64,000 bases of DNA from Mustelus asterias (lineage: Eukaryota), in the NCBI RefSeq assembly GCF_964213995.1, contig NW_027590138.1, positions 744,001 to 808,000 of the forward strand, given 5' to 3'. The position numbers and the translations under genes are program-made. Under the pieces are notes generated by a model. It made no database searches, was not told where the DNA came from, and was given only the letters and a program-made list of their open reading frames with translations. Of the stretch, positions 1-12,196 are shown one piece after another. Within the stretch, counting starts at the first letter, position 1, and each line of letters starts with the position of its first letter.

Positions 1-110
1 ATATAACTGCAATGGGACCACACCAGTTGCTGTTTTTGAGTGTTGTCATTTGTTGCAATGTTAAGAGTTTTCGACACTCTGTGGAAACTGTATTACCTGC
101 GATAATGTGT

Positions 111-139
111 GAGCGCACCCTGCTGGGCACTAACTGGAA
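111..139 (-). promoter_or_regulatory. CTCF-like site 3' of the V1 RSS
   Basis: Minus strand TTCCAGTTAGTGCCCAGCAGGGTGCGCTC resembles the CTCF core CCAGCAGGGGGCGC plus upstream motif. Conserved at the paralogous V2. Confidence 0.6.
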
Positions 140-145
140 GTCTGG

Positions 146-185
146 GGTTTTTGCACGGCATTCACTATATCTCTGCAGCAGTGTG
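146..185 (-). other. RSS of V1 (CACACTG, 24-nt spacer, GCAAAAACC)
   Basis: Heptamer 179-185 and nonamer 146-154, read on the minus strand. Confidence 0.8.
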
Positions 186-490
186 GGCTTCGTGGCACAG
201 AAGTACACGGCGCTGTCGTAGATCAGTGTGTTACTGATCGTTAGTTCGGTAATCGTGTTCTTTTTATTAAATTTGGAAGAAAACCGATCATTGAGGTCGG
301 TGTTCCTTTGCACGTTCTCACCTATAAGCTGAAACATGTACACTGGAGCTTTCCCGGGCTGCTGACTGTACCAGTACACATGAGGGCTGGAATCGCTTGT
401 TTTCAAGGTACAGGTTAGTGTGACATTACTTTCCTCTTTAACCGATATTTCAGGATCCATTTGTTCCACTTTGTCTTGGAGGGTCCATTC
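186..490 (-). CDS. TCR alpha/delta-type V segment V1 (V exon; leader exon not located)
   Basis: Not in the ORF track (no ATG). Acceptor ttctgttag, then an open frame EWTLQDKVEQMDPEISVKEESNVTLTCTLKTSDSSPHVYWYSQQPGKAP...ELTISNTLIYDSAVYFCATKP. Has Cys23, the WY.Q motif and D..VYFC, and abuts an RSS. Confidence 0.9.
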
Positions 491-604
491 TAACAGAAAC
501 AACAGCAATAATGACAATCAGAGTCAGCCTCATATTACCGATTGCAAGCGTTTATGTCGCTGATGTAAATCACCATTTAAAGTCAACAAGGCTGGATGTA
601 ATTG

Positions 605-740
605 TTGAGCTCTGATGAAGGGTCATCCAGACTCGAAATGTCGGCTCTATTGTCTCCACAGATGCTGTCAGACCGGCTGAGATCCCAGCATTTTCTGTTT
701 TGTTTCAGATTCCAGCAGCCGCAGTCATTTGCTTTATCTT
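605..740 (+). mobile_element. Penelope-like short repeat with a minimal hammerhead-type motif
   Basis: CTGATGA-stem-GAAA motif. The same repeat family recurs near 10665-10800, 21545-21675, 31510-31675, 37995-38175 and 47345-47530. Confidence 0.6.
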
Positions 741-959
741 AAGAGATTGTTCCTCAACTTGAAATTGACAAAATAAATTGATACGATTGGCTGATTCAAA
801 CATCCAAATGGAATGTTTAAGGGAATAATCACATGGTCAGAACAAAAAGAAACTAACAACTAACAGTCAGGTGGTTCCTCAGCGTCAAAAACTATTTATT
901 TTGCACAACAATACTTCTACTTGAATTTGGGTTAATTTAGGAAAAAAAGTCAGGGAAAA

Positions 960-1335
960 TTTAGTGAGTTATTTTTAGGTTATGAAAGACTATCCAAAAC
1001 TAAGATGGTCTTGATAATGCCTGAAATCAAACATGATTATAATATATGAAATATGATATGGGGTAGACCATTTAGGAGTGAGATGAGGAGAAATATCTTC
1101 ATGCAGAGAGTGGTGAACTTGTGGAATTCACCAGCACAGAAGGCTGTGGAAGCCAAAACATTAGAAATATATCTATTTCCTTCTGAGATATATTCAGACT
1201 CTGAAAGCATCAAGGAGTTTGGGGAGATCAGTGGAGAATGGTGTTGAGATAAGGGATCAGGCATGATCATATTGAACAGCAGAGCAGGCTCAAAGGGCCA
1301 AATGACCTACTCCTGCTTCTATTTTCTATGTTTCT
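960..1335 (+). mobile_element. CR1/HER1 LINE 3' fragment
   Basis: ORF2 C-terminal motif (FMQRVVNLWNSP) followed by a CR1-type 3' UTR. Confidence 0.8.
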
Positions 1336-1761
1336 GGAAGTCAACAAAACAAGATTCTCATCAGGACTGTTGTTAAAGAGGGAAACATCTCACTGCAGTG
1401 AATTGGAATGCAATCAAACTGAATGATGACCGTATAACATTTCCAATCTCTCGGGCGTGGATAGAGAGGTGAAATAGCTTTTGGTTTTCCAGTACCTCTT
1501 CTGGGTGCTCTAATTTAAATCGCTACTCTATAATGGTGAGAATTCCCTGCAGTCGATAGCGGCGGACATTGGGTCCTCAGCGATTGGAAAAGACCAGAAC
1601 GGGAAATAGATAAACAACACATTGTAAATGAACTAAATGGTGAGGGAAAGCGGATTGTCTATTTGATGGATTTGAGCAGAATGGGGATGTGTGTTCAGCC
1701 CACGGACTCGGTGATCATGAGTTGATTTGATAATTAGAAATTAGATTATTTATTTTTAAAA

Positions 1762-2043
1762 GTTGAAGTTTATCTATTAGTGAAAAGTAAGGCTTACATT
1801 AACGCTGCAATGAAGTTACTGTGAAATTCCCCTAGTCGCCACACTCTGGTGCCTGTTCTGTTCAATGCACCAAACCAACACATCTTTCAGTCTGTGGGAG
1901 GAAACCGGGGCACCAGGAAGAAATCCACGTCGACAAGGGGAGAACGTGCAAACTTCACACAGACAGTGACCCAAAACGGGAATCGAACACAGGTCCGTGG
2001 CGCTGTGAGGCAGCAATGCTAACCACTGTGCCACTACCGCCCA
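1762..2043 (-). mobile_element. HE1-type tRNA-derived SINE
   Basis: A box (TGGCACAGTGG), B box (GTTCGATTCC) and the shared core gtcactgtctgtgtg...ttctcccc seen in many copies here. Confidence 0.85.
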
Positions 2044-2639
2044 CGGTAATAACAATGTTCCCCTCCTATCATCACTACCATAAGGATTGGGGAGGTGAAG
2101 ATTCTGGATGCAGTCAAAGGGAAGAGAAATAAAGATATAATGGAGAAAGAAATGGATGAAAATTCTGAGTGAGTGATATGAAGTGAGGACGTCCTCTGGG
2201 ATGTAAAACCAACAGAGATCAATTTTGTGAAAAGGTTTATTTTAAGAATGTCGATATCCGCGTTAAATGTACTCAATGACCTACCATTTACAGCACTCTG
2301 GGATACAGAATTCCACAGATTATCAACCTTTTAAGAAAATAATTTTATCTTCATCTGTTCTAAATCTGCTGTCCCTTTAGCCATGACTTCTCGTTCTAGA
2401 TTGCCCCACACGTGGAAATATCCTCTCGATGTCCACTCTGTCAATCCCCGTTAGCATCTTACATTCCGCAATGAGATCACCCACCATTCTTCTAAACGCA
2501 TTCTTCTTGTCATGGCATCATGCTCGAATTGCTGGAAATAGTGGAGGATTATTCAGTGAATGCAGACGCTGGTGATGTGAAAAGTGGGGACAAGAGTAAC
2601 CTTATAATCATTCTGGAAGGAAGAGAATGAGATTGAATG

Positions 2640-3505
2640 CAAGAATAGGGATGTTATGATGAAGCAAAATAAAACACTTCTGAGGCCACAGATGGATTAC
2701 TGTGTGCAGTTCTGGACGTAACACAATAGGATGGACGTGATTGCACTACAGAAGGTGCAGAGGAACTTCACCAGGATGCTGCCTGGCCTGGATCGTTTCG
2801 GCCATGAAGAGAGGTTGCATAGGCTGGAGTTATTTTCATTACAGCAGAAAAGCCTGGGGGGGGGGGGGGGGGGGGACCTGATTGGAGGTACAATGGCACA
2901 GTGGTTAGTACTGATGCCTCACAGCGCCAGAGACGCAGGTTGGATTGCTAGCTTGGGTCACTGTTTGTGTGGAGTCTGCACGTTTTCCCCATGTCTGTTT
3001 GAGTTTCCTCCGGGTGCTCTGGTTTCTGAACACAGTCCGAAAGACAAGCTGGTTAGGTGCTTTGACCATGCTAAATTATCCCTCAGTTTAGCGACAGGCG
3101 TCGGAGTATGGCGACTAGGGGATTTTCACAACAACTTAATTGCAGCATTAATACATGCTATGTTCTTTGTGACAACATTAAACAAATAAATGTCTTCGAT
3201 TGGAGTGTATAAAATTATGAATGGCACAAATAGGGCGGAGAGGAAGAACTTTCCCCCTTAGCAGGTGGATCAATAACCAAGGGGCATGAATTGATTTTAA
3301 GGGGCATGAGTTTTAGAGCAGATGTTAGGAAAACATTTTCATCCTGAAGGTGGTGGAAATTTGGAACTCACTGCCTGATAGGGAGATAGAGATGGGAACC
3401 ATCACATCATTTAAGAAGTATTTAGATGAGCACTTGAAATGCCATAATATACAAGACTACGGGTCAAGTGCTAGAAAATGGAATTAGAATACATAGATGC
3501 TTGAA
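2640..3505 (+). mobile_element. CR1 3' fragment interrupted by an HE1-type SINE (~2886-3190)
   Basis: RT C-terminal motif (KVQRNFTRMLPGL) interrupted by a SINE head and body. CR1 resumes at about 3195. Confidence 0.75.
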
Positions 3506-4006
3506 TCGAACCCAGAAAAGTGTCCTCATCCACTCTGATTCATTCCTAATCCAATCCATAGCGTTCACTATTGGGGATGGGTGTGGCGCTGAAGGCTGTT
3601 GGTGGTGGTGGTGGGGGGGGCGGTGCGGGGTGGTGCTGTGGGTGGGAGTGGGGGTGGGATGGTGCAGGTGATAATGCCGATGGGCTGAGGGTAGGGCTGT
3701 GCTTGAAGGATGGAATGACAGCTCTTTTCATGGGGGCGGGGGGAGGAGGTATGTTGCAGCTGAAGGAAAATGCTGCAGTCAATAACATCCCTCCCAGGTA
3801 AAAAGGAGGACACTCTACACTGGAGTTCAATGTGCCCAGCTCATGATACATCAGAACATTTAAATGGTTCAAATCCGGAGTAATTCATCAGGTGCCAAAT
3901 AATTTCATTTTTACTATTTCTCTAATTCCTGTTCATCACTTAATCTGTGCAGACCCCAGACAAACATGCTGTGATGGTGGAATATCTGCTCACTCTTTAA
4001 TTAACT

Positions 4007-5453
4007 TCACAATCCGAGTAAATAAAATTTCACCAGCTTCTTCAGATCCTTTCTGAATTGTGTCTGGGTCACTGCATAAATGCATGTGTTGGTGCAGCAA
4101 CTCAGGAGTTGAAGCATAAATCCCAGTTCGATTACACACCCAGGTATGTAGAAAATGATTACACGTAAATCATACAATCGTAGACAAAAAGAACTGAACA
4201 GGTACACTGACCATAACAGGATAAAATTTGCAGATAGAGAAAACAGTAAGATGATAGATTTCCTTCGCTTCTCTATCTCTGGGTCAGTTGCAATCTCGCC
4301 ACTCGTGGGGCTCCGAAATCTCTTGCGGATTTTGCTCGACATTAGAATATGTTTAACGGTTAAAACATTGAGCAGCAGAATCAACAAGAAAGGAACAAAC
4401 GGTGTTAAAATATAATGTAGATTTTCAACTGCTCGCCATATTGGTGAATTCCTGACATCTGAAAGTACAGAACAAAAATAGGGAGAATTTGCAAACAAAT
4501 ATGTATCCTCATACATGAAGTACCAGAAAGTGTTCTTTACACTGAACAGCACACTCACTGTTCCGAGAACCACAGCTGCCGTTTTCTCGGTGCAGTATTT
4601 TATTTTCAGCTTCTGCCAGGTAATGGCCACGAATCGATCAAAGGTGAACGTGACAGTAAACCAAACAGAACAATCAGTGACAGCATAAAGCAGGACGGCA
4701 TGGATATCACACACTTTAATATTATAGACGAATAGAAATTGATCACTAAAAATGATAGGAATTTGCCTCAACATGAGATCAATGATGATGACCAGCAGAT
4801 CTGCCGCTGACATGGAGATTAGGTAACGTGTGACACATTTGGAAAGTCCACATCTTCCTCGAGACAGTATAAGAATCGTTATTAAGTTCACTGTAAGGAA
4901 GAGAGACACAATTAACTCACATTTCAGACTGAAAACAGGAGCAGTGGTCTGTCAGGATTCTATGGAACAGCTGCAGCATTTTTACAGAATCAGCCGAAGA
5001 ATAAAATTGATTCATCTGTTCTGCTGAGACAGGGTGTACAGTCATAAAGCACCGCACTGATGTAGCAAGAAACCAGATTCACCAACAGATCTGATCTCCA
5101 AGGCAGCAAAGAAGCCGGCGGAGATGGGGAACGAATGGGGTGATCAAGGAGATGGGGTGGGGGGGATGTTGGCAGAGAGGGGGAAGGGAAGGAAATAGAG
5201 TGCAACCACCAGGCACGAGTAGGGAGAATGGCTGCCGGGAGGAGAGAGAAATCTTCCAACTGCATTAGCACATAAGGAACATAACGTTTGCAAATAATAA
5301 TATTATTAAGTGCTTTTCATGGACACGGGCAATAACCGGAGTGAAATTAGATTCACCAGTCACACCAACTGCAGCGAGGAGTGGGTAGTAAGTCCTTTGG
5401 ATATCGTGAAGTACCCAAATTATACGAAACTCAAGTGGAACAACCCAGAACAT
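4007..5453 (-). CDS. Two-exon class A orphan GPCR, GPR139/GPR142-like (326 aa)
   Basis: Exon 1 is 5357-5453 (MFWVVPLEF...YYPLLAAVGVT, donor GTGAAT). Exon 2 is 4007-4890 (acceptor ccttacag). The phase-1 join gives an open 981-nt CDS with 7 hydrophobic segments, YLISMSAADLL, FTFDRFVAI and TM7 LLSCCTNTCIY. Confidence 0.9.
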
Positions 5454-5542
5454 AGTTTACCGACTCTGAGCTTCAATGATCTCTGGTTGTGCTGGAGGCC
5501 ACTCTCATTTTTAACAGTGGTGTGCACGATAAAAACATTGCC

Positions 5543-5550
5543 TATTTATA
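5543..5550 (-). promoter_or_regulatory. TATA box of the GPCR gene
   Basis: TATAAATA on the minus strand about 90 bp upstream of the ATG. Confidence 0.55.
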
Positions 5551-7479
5551 GACCGAGGAAAGTCCCCGGTGAAACAATTAAACTCTGTACCTACTGACAT
5601 TAATCACAATAGCTGAACAAACAACATGAATTCAGCTTTTATTGCAAATTACATGTTTCTTGAAAGCCTTTTGCAATCACAGTAAATTATCTGATTGAAG
5701 ACAAACACATTGGTCCAAGGAGTGGTGAAAGCTGGGATTATTGGTTAACACTATGTTACTGAACTGAAGTGAATTAAAACAGTTAGGAATATTTCTATCA
5801 CATAATGTCATCTAGAATTTCAGAATTTCAATGAAGTTGTCATCGTGAAATAGCTGCAGATTCGGGGAATAATGTTGATCTTTCCGCTGATACAAGTGAG
5901 ATGCCAGAAGTAGGATGATTGGAAATATTGCACTGCTGGTATTCAGCAAGAAACAGGTCTTAATCCGATAAAAATAATCATTTACCCTGGTATTGTTCAC
6001 AAATATTATTTTATGGAGATTAATCGGAGGGAGAGGCAAATGACGTGTCCAACCTGCTTTCCGAAACACACGTAACATTTCCTGTATTACTGGTGATAAG
6101 TGAGGATGTGTCCTGTGTCCCTCACTCAAACTTACATCTTCTTCCTCACGACTTGCTCCTTTCAGCCTGTGTGGAAGCAATTCCTTCGATTTGTACGTGC
6201 TGCCTTCTCAAAATATATTGCACTTTCAATTCACTCTACCTGGTAATATTTAATTCCTTCTGTTATTTTTGGTCGGAGTTAAAACAATCATCAGTCCAGC
6301 CTATTTGTAAACCTGACAAAAAATGACATATTTAACCTGAATTATACCCAATATTATTTAGACATACCCATTCAGTTGCACAAAACTCTGGTGATATACA
6401 GAAGAATAGAAAGGTAATGGTACAGAAACGGGCCATTCAGCCCATCATGCATCTCCGGATACAACAGAGACAAATGGAATTAGTGGCTCCGTCTAATCCC
6501 ACATTCTATCAACTGCTCCGTGGCCTTGCATGTTCAAAACCTTCAGATGGTGAGCCCATATTAGAAATAATGTGTATACCTTTGGCTATCGATATAAAAA
6601 GGGAAATGTAAATGTCTTTGAGACAGTCCAGAGAAGGTTTACGAAACGATTTCCAGTAATGCGCGAGTTGTCTCATGGAGATGGTTGGACAGAGTAGACA
6701 TGTACACACTGGAAGTGTGAATAGTAAGAGGCGACTTAATGGAAGAGTTTAAAATCTTGAGGGATGTTGACATTGTGGATGTGCACAGAATGTTTCCACT
6801 TCGGTGAGAATCTAAAGTAAGGGGCCGCTCATTAAAGACAATGATGAGCAAAGTTTTGCCTCTCAGATCGTCGTATGAACAGTCAAAAGAGGAAGATACG
6901 TAGGCGATTAAGCCCATGGAGCCCGCTCCTCCGTTTCAAAACTTAATTCTAACATCAAATTTGCACTCCACCTACACCTGATCACCAATCACGTATGACA
7001 CAGCAAAAACATCCACATCTACCGTTAAAATAATGAACTCTCTGCTGCCACTGCTTATTGAGAAAGAGGGTTCCAAAACATGAGGCCGTAAGGAATAAGG
7101 ACAAGGGTAGGCCATTCAGCCTTTCAAGCCTCTTCATCCATTCCTGCAATTGTATCGGATGTTGGTGAGACCACATCGGGAGTATTGTGTGCAGTTTTGG
7201 TATCATTATCTTTGGAAGGATTTCATTGTCCTGAAGGGAGTACAGCGAAAGTTTACCAGGCTTATATCTGGGATGGCAGGTCTGTCGTATGAGGAGGTCA
7301 GTTAGCATGCCATTCACTCTAATTTAGAAGACTCAGGGAGGACTCATAGCAACTGACAAAATTCTAACAGGCTGAGACAGGGTAGTTTCAGAAAGAATGT
7401 TCCGAATGATGAGGGAGACCAGAAGTGGGCTCGCATATCTCAGCACGTCTGAGGGCATTTTTGCAGAGAGACCATCAGA

Positions 7480-10400
7480 AGGACATGGATGTTCCGGAAA
7501 TTAGGGAAATAAATAATGTTTTGAGGAGTTTACATATTACAGAGAACAGGTGCTGGAAGTCTTAAAGCGTATCCCGTTGGATAAATCCCCGGGACCTGCT
7601 GCAGTGTATCCTAGGACGTTGTAGGAGGCTGGAGAGAAAATTGCAGGTCCCCTAGCAGAGATAGCTGAATCATCGATAGTCACAGGTGAGGTGCCCGAAG
7701 ACTGGAGAGTGGCAAATGTTGTGTCTTTGTTTGAAAAGGGCTGCAGGGAAAAGCCTGGGAATTACGGGCCAGTGAGCTCACACCTGTAGTTTTTACATGC
7801 GTTTGTGGGACATGGGTGTCACTGGCTGGCCAGCATTTATTGCCGATCCCCAGTTGCCCAAAGGTAGTTGAGAGGAAAACACATTGCTGTGGTTCTGATG
7901 TCACATATAGGCCAGGCTGTGCGATGGAGCAGATTTCCTTCCCTAAAGAACATTAGTGAACCAGATAGGTTTTCCTAACAGTCAACAGTGGTTTCATGGT
8001 CATCGGTAGGTTATTAATTCAAAATATTTTTTTATTGAATTCAAATTCCACCATCTGCCATGGTGGAATTCGAACCCCGGTCCCCAAAAAGTAGCTGAAT
8101 TTCTAGATTAATAGTTAAAGGATGAGACCACGAGGCCATCGCCTCTGCTAACTAAGTTGCTCAAATGTATTCTGAGAGACAGGGTCTAAGGGCTTTTGGA
8201 GTGGCAAGGACTGATTAGGGACAGTCAGCATCGCTTTGTGAGTGGAAATTCATGTCTCACAAATTTGATTGAGTTTTTTGAAGGGGTAACCAAGAAGGTA
8301 GATGAGGGCAGTGCAGTCGATGTTGTCTACATGAACTTTAGCAAGGCCTTTGACAACGTACCGCATGGTAAGTTGTTGCATGAGATTAAAACTCACGGGA
8401 TCCAGGGTGAAGTAGCCAAATGGATACAAAATTGCCTTGATGCAGAACACGGAGGGTGCTGGTAGAGGGTTGGTTTTCAAGCCTGTGAGCAGCAGTGTGC
8501 TTCAGGGATCGCAGTTGAGTTCATTTTCATTTGTCATTTGTGTTAATGATTTGGATGAAAATTTCGGAGGCATGGTTAGTAACTTTACAGATGACACCAA
8601 GATTGGTGGCACAGTGGAAAGTGTAGAAGGTTATCTCGGATTGCAGCGGGATCCTGATCAATTCAGACAGTGGGCTGGCGAATGGCAGATGGAGTTTAAT
8701 TTAACGAAATGCGAAATGATGCATTCTGGTAGATCGATCAAGTGCAGGACTTACTCAGTTAATGGTAGAGCATTGGCGAGAGTTAAAGAACAAAGGGATC
8801 TCGGGGTACATGTTCATAGCTCATTGAAAGTGGAGTCACAGGTGGACAGGGAGATGAAAAGGCATTCGGAATGCTTGGTTTCATTGGTCATAACGTTGAA
8901 TACAAGAATTGGGACGTCTTGGTGAAGTTGTAAAAGACATTGGTAAGGACACACTTGGAATACTGTGTACAGTTCTGGCCACCCTATTATAGAGTCATAG
9001 CGTCATAGACGTTTACAGCATGGAAACAGGCCCTTCGGCCCAACTTGTCCATGCCGCCGTTTTTTTTAAAACCCTTAAGCTAATCCCAATTTCTCACATT
9101 TGGCCCATATCCTTCTATACCGATCGTACCCCATGTAACTTTCTAAATGCTTTTCAAAAGACGAAGTTGTACCCGCCTCTACTATTACCTCTGGCAGCTT
9201 GTTCCAGACTCTCACCACCCTCTGTGTGAAAAAATTGTCCCTCTGGGCACTTTTGTATCTCTTCCCTCTCACCTTAAACCTATGCCCTCTAGTTTTAGAC
9301 TCCCCTAACTTTGGGAAAAGATATTGACTATCTACCTTGTATGTGCCCCTCACTAGTTTGGAGTCTATAAGGTCACCACTCAGCCTCCTACACTCCAGAG
9401 AGAAAAATCCCAGACTATTCAGCCTCTCCTTATAACTCAATCCATCAAGTTCTGGTAACTTCCTAGTAAATCTTGTCTGCACGCTTTCTAGTTTAATAAT
9501 ATCCTTTCTATAATATGGTGACCAGAATTGCACACAGTATTCTAAGTGTGGCCTTACCAATGTCTTATATAACTTCAACAAGACGTCCCGATGCCTGTAA
9601 TCAATGTTCTGACCGATGAAACCAAGCATGCCGAATGCCTTCTTCACCACTTTGTCCACCTGTGACTGCACTTTCAAGGAGCTATGAACATCTACCCCTA
9701 AATCTCTTTGTTCTGTAACTCTCACCAACGCCCTACCATTAACTGAGTAAGTCCTGCTCTGGTTCAATCTACCAAAGTGCATCACTTCACATTTGTCGAA
9801 ATTAAAGTCCGTCTGCCATTCGTCAGTCCATTGGCCCAATTGATCAAGATCCCGTTGCAATTGGAGATAACTTTCTTCACTGTCCACTATGCCACCAATC
9901 TTGGTGCCATCTGCAAACTTACTTACCATGCCCCCTATATTCTCATCCAAATCATTAATATAAATGACAAATAACAGTGGGCCCAGCTCTGATCCCTGAG
10001 GCACACGGCTGGTCACAGGCCTCCAGTTTGAAAAACAAATCTCCACAACCACCCTCTGACTTCTGTCAAGAAGCCAATTTTGAATCCATTCAGATACCTC
10101 ACCCTGGATCCCGTGAGATTATAGAAAGGATATTATTAAACTAGAAAGAGTGTAGAAAAGATTCACTCGGATGCTACCAGGACTTGATAGTTTGAGTTAC
10201 AAGGAGAGCTTGGATAGACTGGGACTTTTGCTCTGGCGAGTAGGAGGCTTAGGGACGATCTTATAGAGATCTATGAAATAACGATGGACATAGATCAGCG
10301 AGATAGTCAATATATTTTCACAGTGGTAGGGGAGTCTAAAACTGGAAGGCATAGGTTTAAAGTGAGAGGGGAGAGACATAAAAGGATCCAGAGGAGCAGT

Positions 10401-10612
10401 TTTTTTCACACAGAGGGTGGTGAGTGTCTGGAACAAGCTGCCAGATGTAGTCGTAGTGGCAGGTACAATTTTGTCTTTTAAAATGCATTGAGAGAGTTCC
10501 ATGAGTAAGATGGCTATCGAGGAATATGGGCTAAACGCGGGCAATTGGAACTAGCTTGGTCGTTAAAAAGGGCCTGATTCAATGCTGTAAATCTGTGTGA
10601 CTCTATGACTCT
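7480..10612 (+). mobile_element. Degenerate CR1 (ORF2 and 3' end) interrupted by a SINE-like insert (~7790-8145) and a nested antisense CR1
   Basis: Frameshifted RT motifs (CLTNLIEFFE, NFSKAFDNVPH, FTDDTK). The element resumes at 10118 after the nested copy and ends in a (ctctatga) tail. Confidence 0.85.
8994..10117 (-). mobile_element. 5'-truncated CR1 nested in the above element
   Basis: 325-aa RT C-terminal ORF at 9075-10052. ATTATAGA is duplicated at 8986-8993 and 10118-10125. Confidence 0.9.
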
Positions 10613-12114
10613 TTAACTCTATGGGATTGGAGCCAACGTTTCGAAATCACCTTGTCGGAGGTTCAGAGCTCTGACGGTGGGCCATCAGGACTCGAAACCT
10701 TGTCCCTATTCTCTTTCATCTGATGCTATAAGAACTGTTGAGACTATCCAGAGTTTTCTGTTTTTGTTTCAGATTCTAGCATCAGCAATAATTTGTGTTA
10801 ATAAGCAAAGGAGAGCGATAGGCTGCTAAGCACGGAGATGGTGTTCCAAAGCATATTTGGGTGGTAATGGTAATGGTAAATATCGCCCAGATCTCGGTCC
10901 AAATCTCAGGATAAGTGATAATCTTCGCACTGAATTTACTCAGTCCCATGAGGTCATAAGAGCTGAACACAAGTGAAGAAGGTGGATATAGCGGCAATTG
11001 TTTGTAGGATGATAGAATTGCCGTGAAGGCAGCAGCAGTGGGGATGAAAAGGAAACAATTATATAAAGTTACAGCACAGGAAGAGGTTATTCATCCTGGT
11101 GCACTGCTTTGAAACAGCAATTGTGATTAGTTGATCAGGAATAAGAAAGAGACAATTTTTTTCATCCGAAATTGTATTTTCACAATTTGTCACCTGTCAA
11201 TGAGCCTGGGCTCTGGCGATGAAAGCGGTGACTCTGAACCATGAGACCATCCGGCCTCCAGCATCGCCTGCTCAATGTTGCCTTGTCTATCATTCCTTGT
11301 GTCAGTTAACCCATCTTGCCGTGCTCTCTACCACAGACCTTCACTTACCGAGTGACTGCTGACTTTGCAATCAAAAAATTCTGGAAATACTCAGCATATC
11401 TGTTGACATTTCGCAAAAACACAAATTATGAAACGTTTCCCTGACTCTGTATTGAAAAGCATTTGGAAATATTGCTGTCCGGTTTCGAACTGTCGGAAAG
11501 AATGTAATAATTGAATGGCGTGTTTGTTGTATGTTACCAATGGCTGAACATACTGGTGTTGAAGCAGATGATGTCATTTTTCAGGAGAAACCTTGTGGGG
11601 TGAATGTGCTTTTAGTGAGGTTAAAAATAACAAAAGGAGCGTGGATGAAGCCAATTGTAAAACATGCTGTAACCTGCTGGCCTGGTGGATAGTGTTTGAC
11701 ACTTTCACTGCTGTTTTGATTACAGTTCAGGATATGAAGATTTTTTGCTCGTGTCCAAACCGTGAAACAAATTTCAGTTATTTCCCTGCAGAGTACAGAA
11801 ATCCTGGTCTCGCCTCATGTCCTGCCCTTATTGAAGTGAAGACCCTGACCAAATTCAACAGGAAGTTTTATTGTCATTTCTGGCGGGAGATTAGGAACCA
11901 GACGAGGTTAAGGACAGTTTAAATCTTACCGGTCCTTCACTGAAGCTCATTGAGTTTCTGATTGGAGAACATTTCTCTTTATTGCATAGTTAACTTCTCT
12001 GATTAATTGACGGAACGGACCGGAAGTACCCAATGGCCACACCAAATTCTTTGCCTCTGAGCTATTTAAGTAGCAATACCGATAAAATACCTGATTATAA
12101 TTTGCACTTCTGGT

Positions 12115-12196
12115 GGTTGCGGGGCCGAGTGGTCTAAGCCGTGGGATTTAGGTTCCAGTCTCTGGGGAGGCGTGAGCTCCAATCCAAACGCTGCTA
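12115..12196 (+). tRNA. tRNA-Leu(TAG)-like, degenerate (likely pseudogene)
   Basis: 82 nt colinear with vertebrate tRNA-Leu: GGCCGAGTGGTCTAAG, anticodon loop TTTAGGT, long variable arm. B box damaged (GAGCTCCAATCC). T4 terminator follows. Confidence 0.8.

Noticed and set aside
533-576. ATGGTGATTTACATC...CG/gtaat as the V1 leader
   Set aside because: Not hydrophobic (MVIYISDINACN), phase-2 donor incompatible with the V exon, and a very short intron.
2897-2903. CACAGTG heptamers in SINE A boxes and at ~25465 as possible RSSs or D segments
   Set aside because: No nonamer at 12 or 23 nt in the cases inspected.
3468-3872. Pro/Gly-rich ORFs on both strands
   Set aside because: Products of G/T-rich low-complexity sequence with no domain features.
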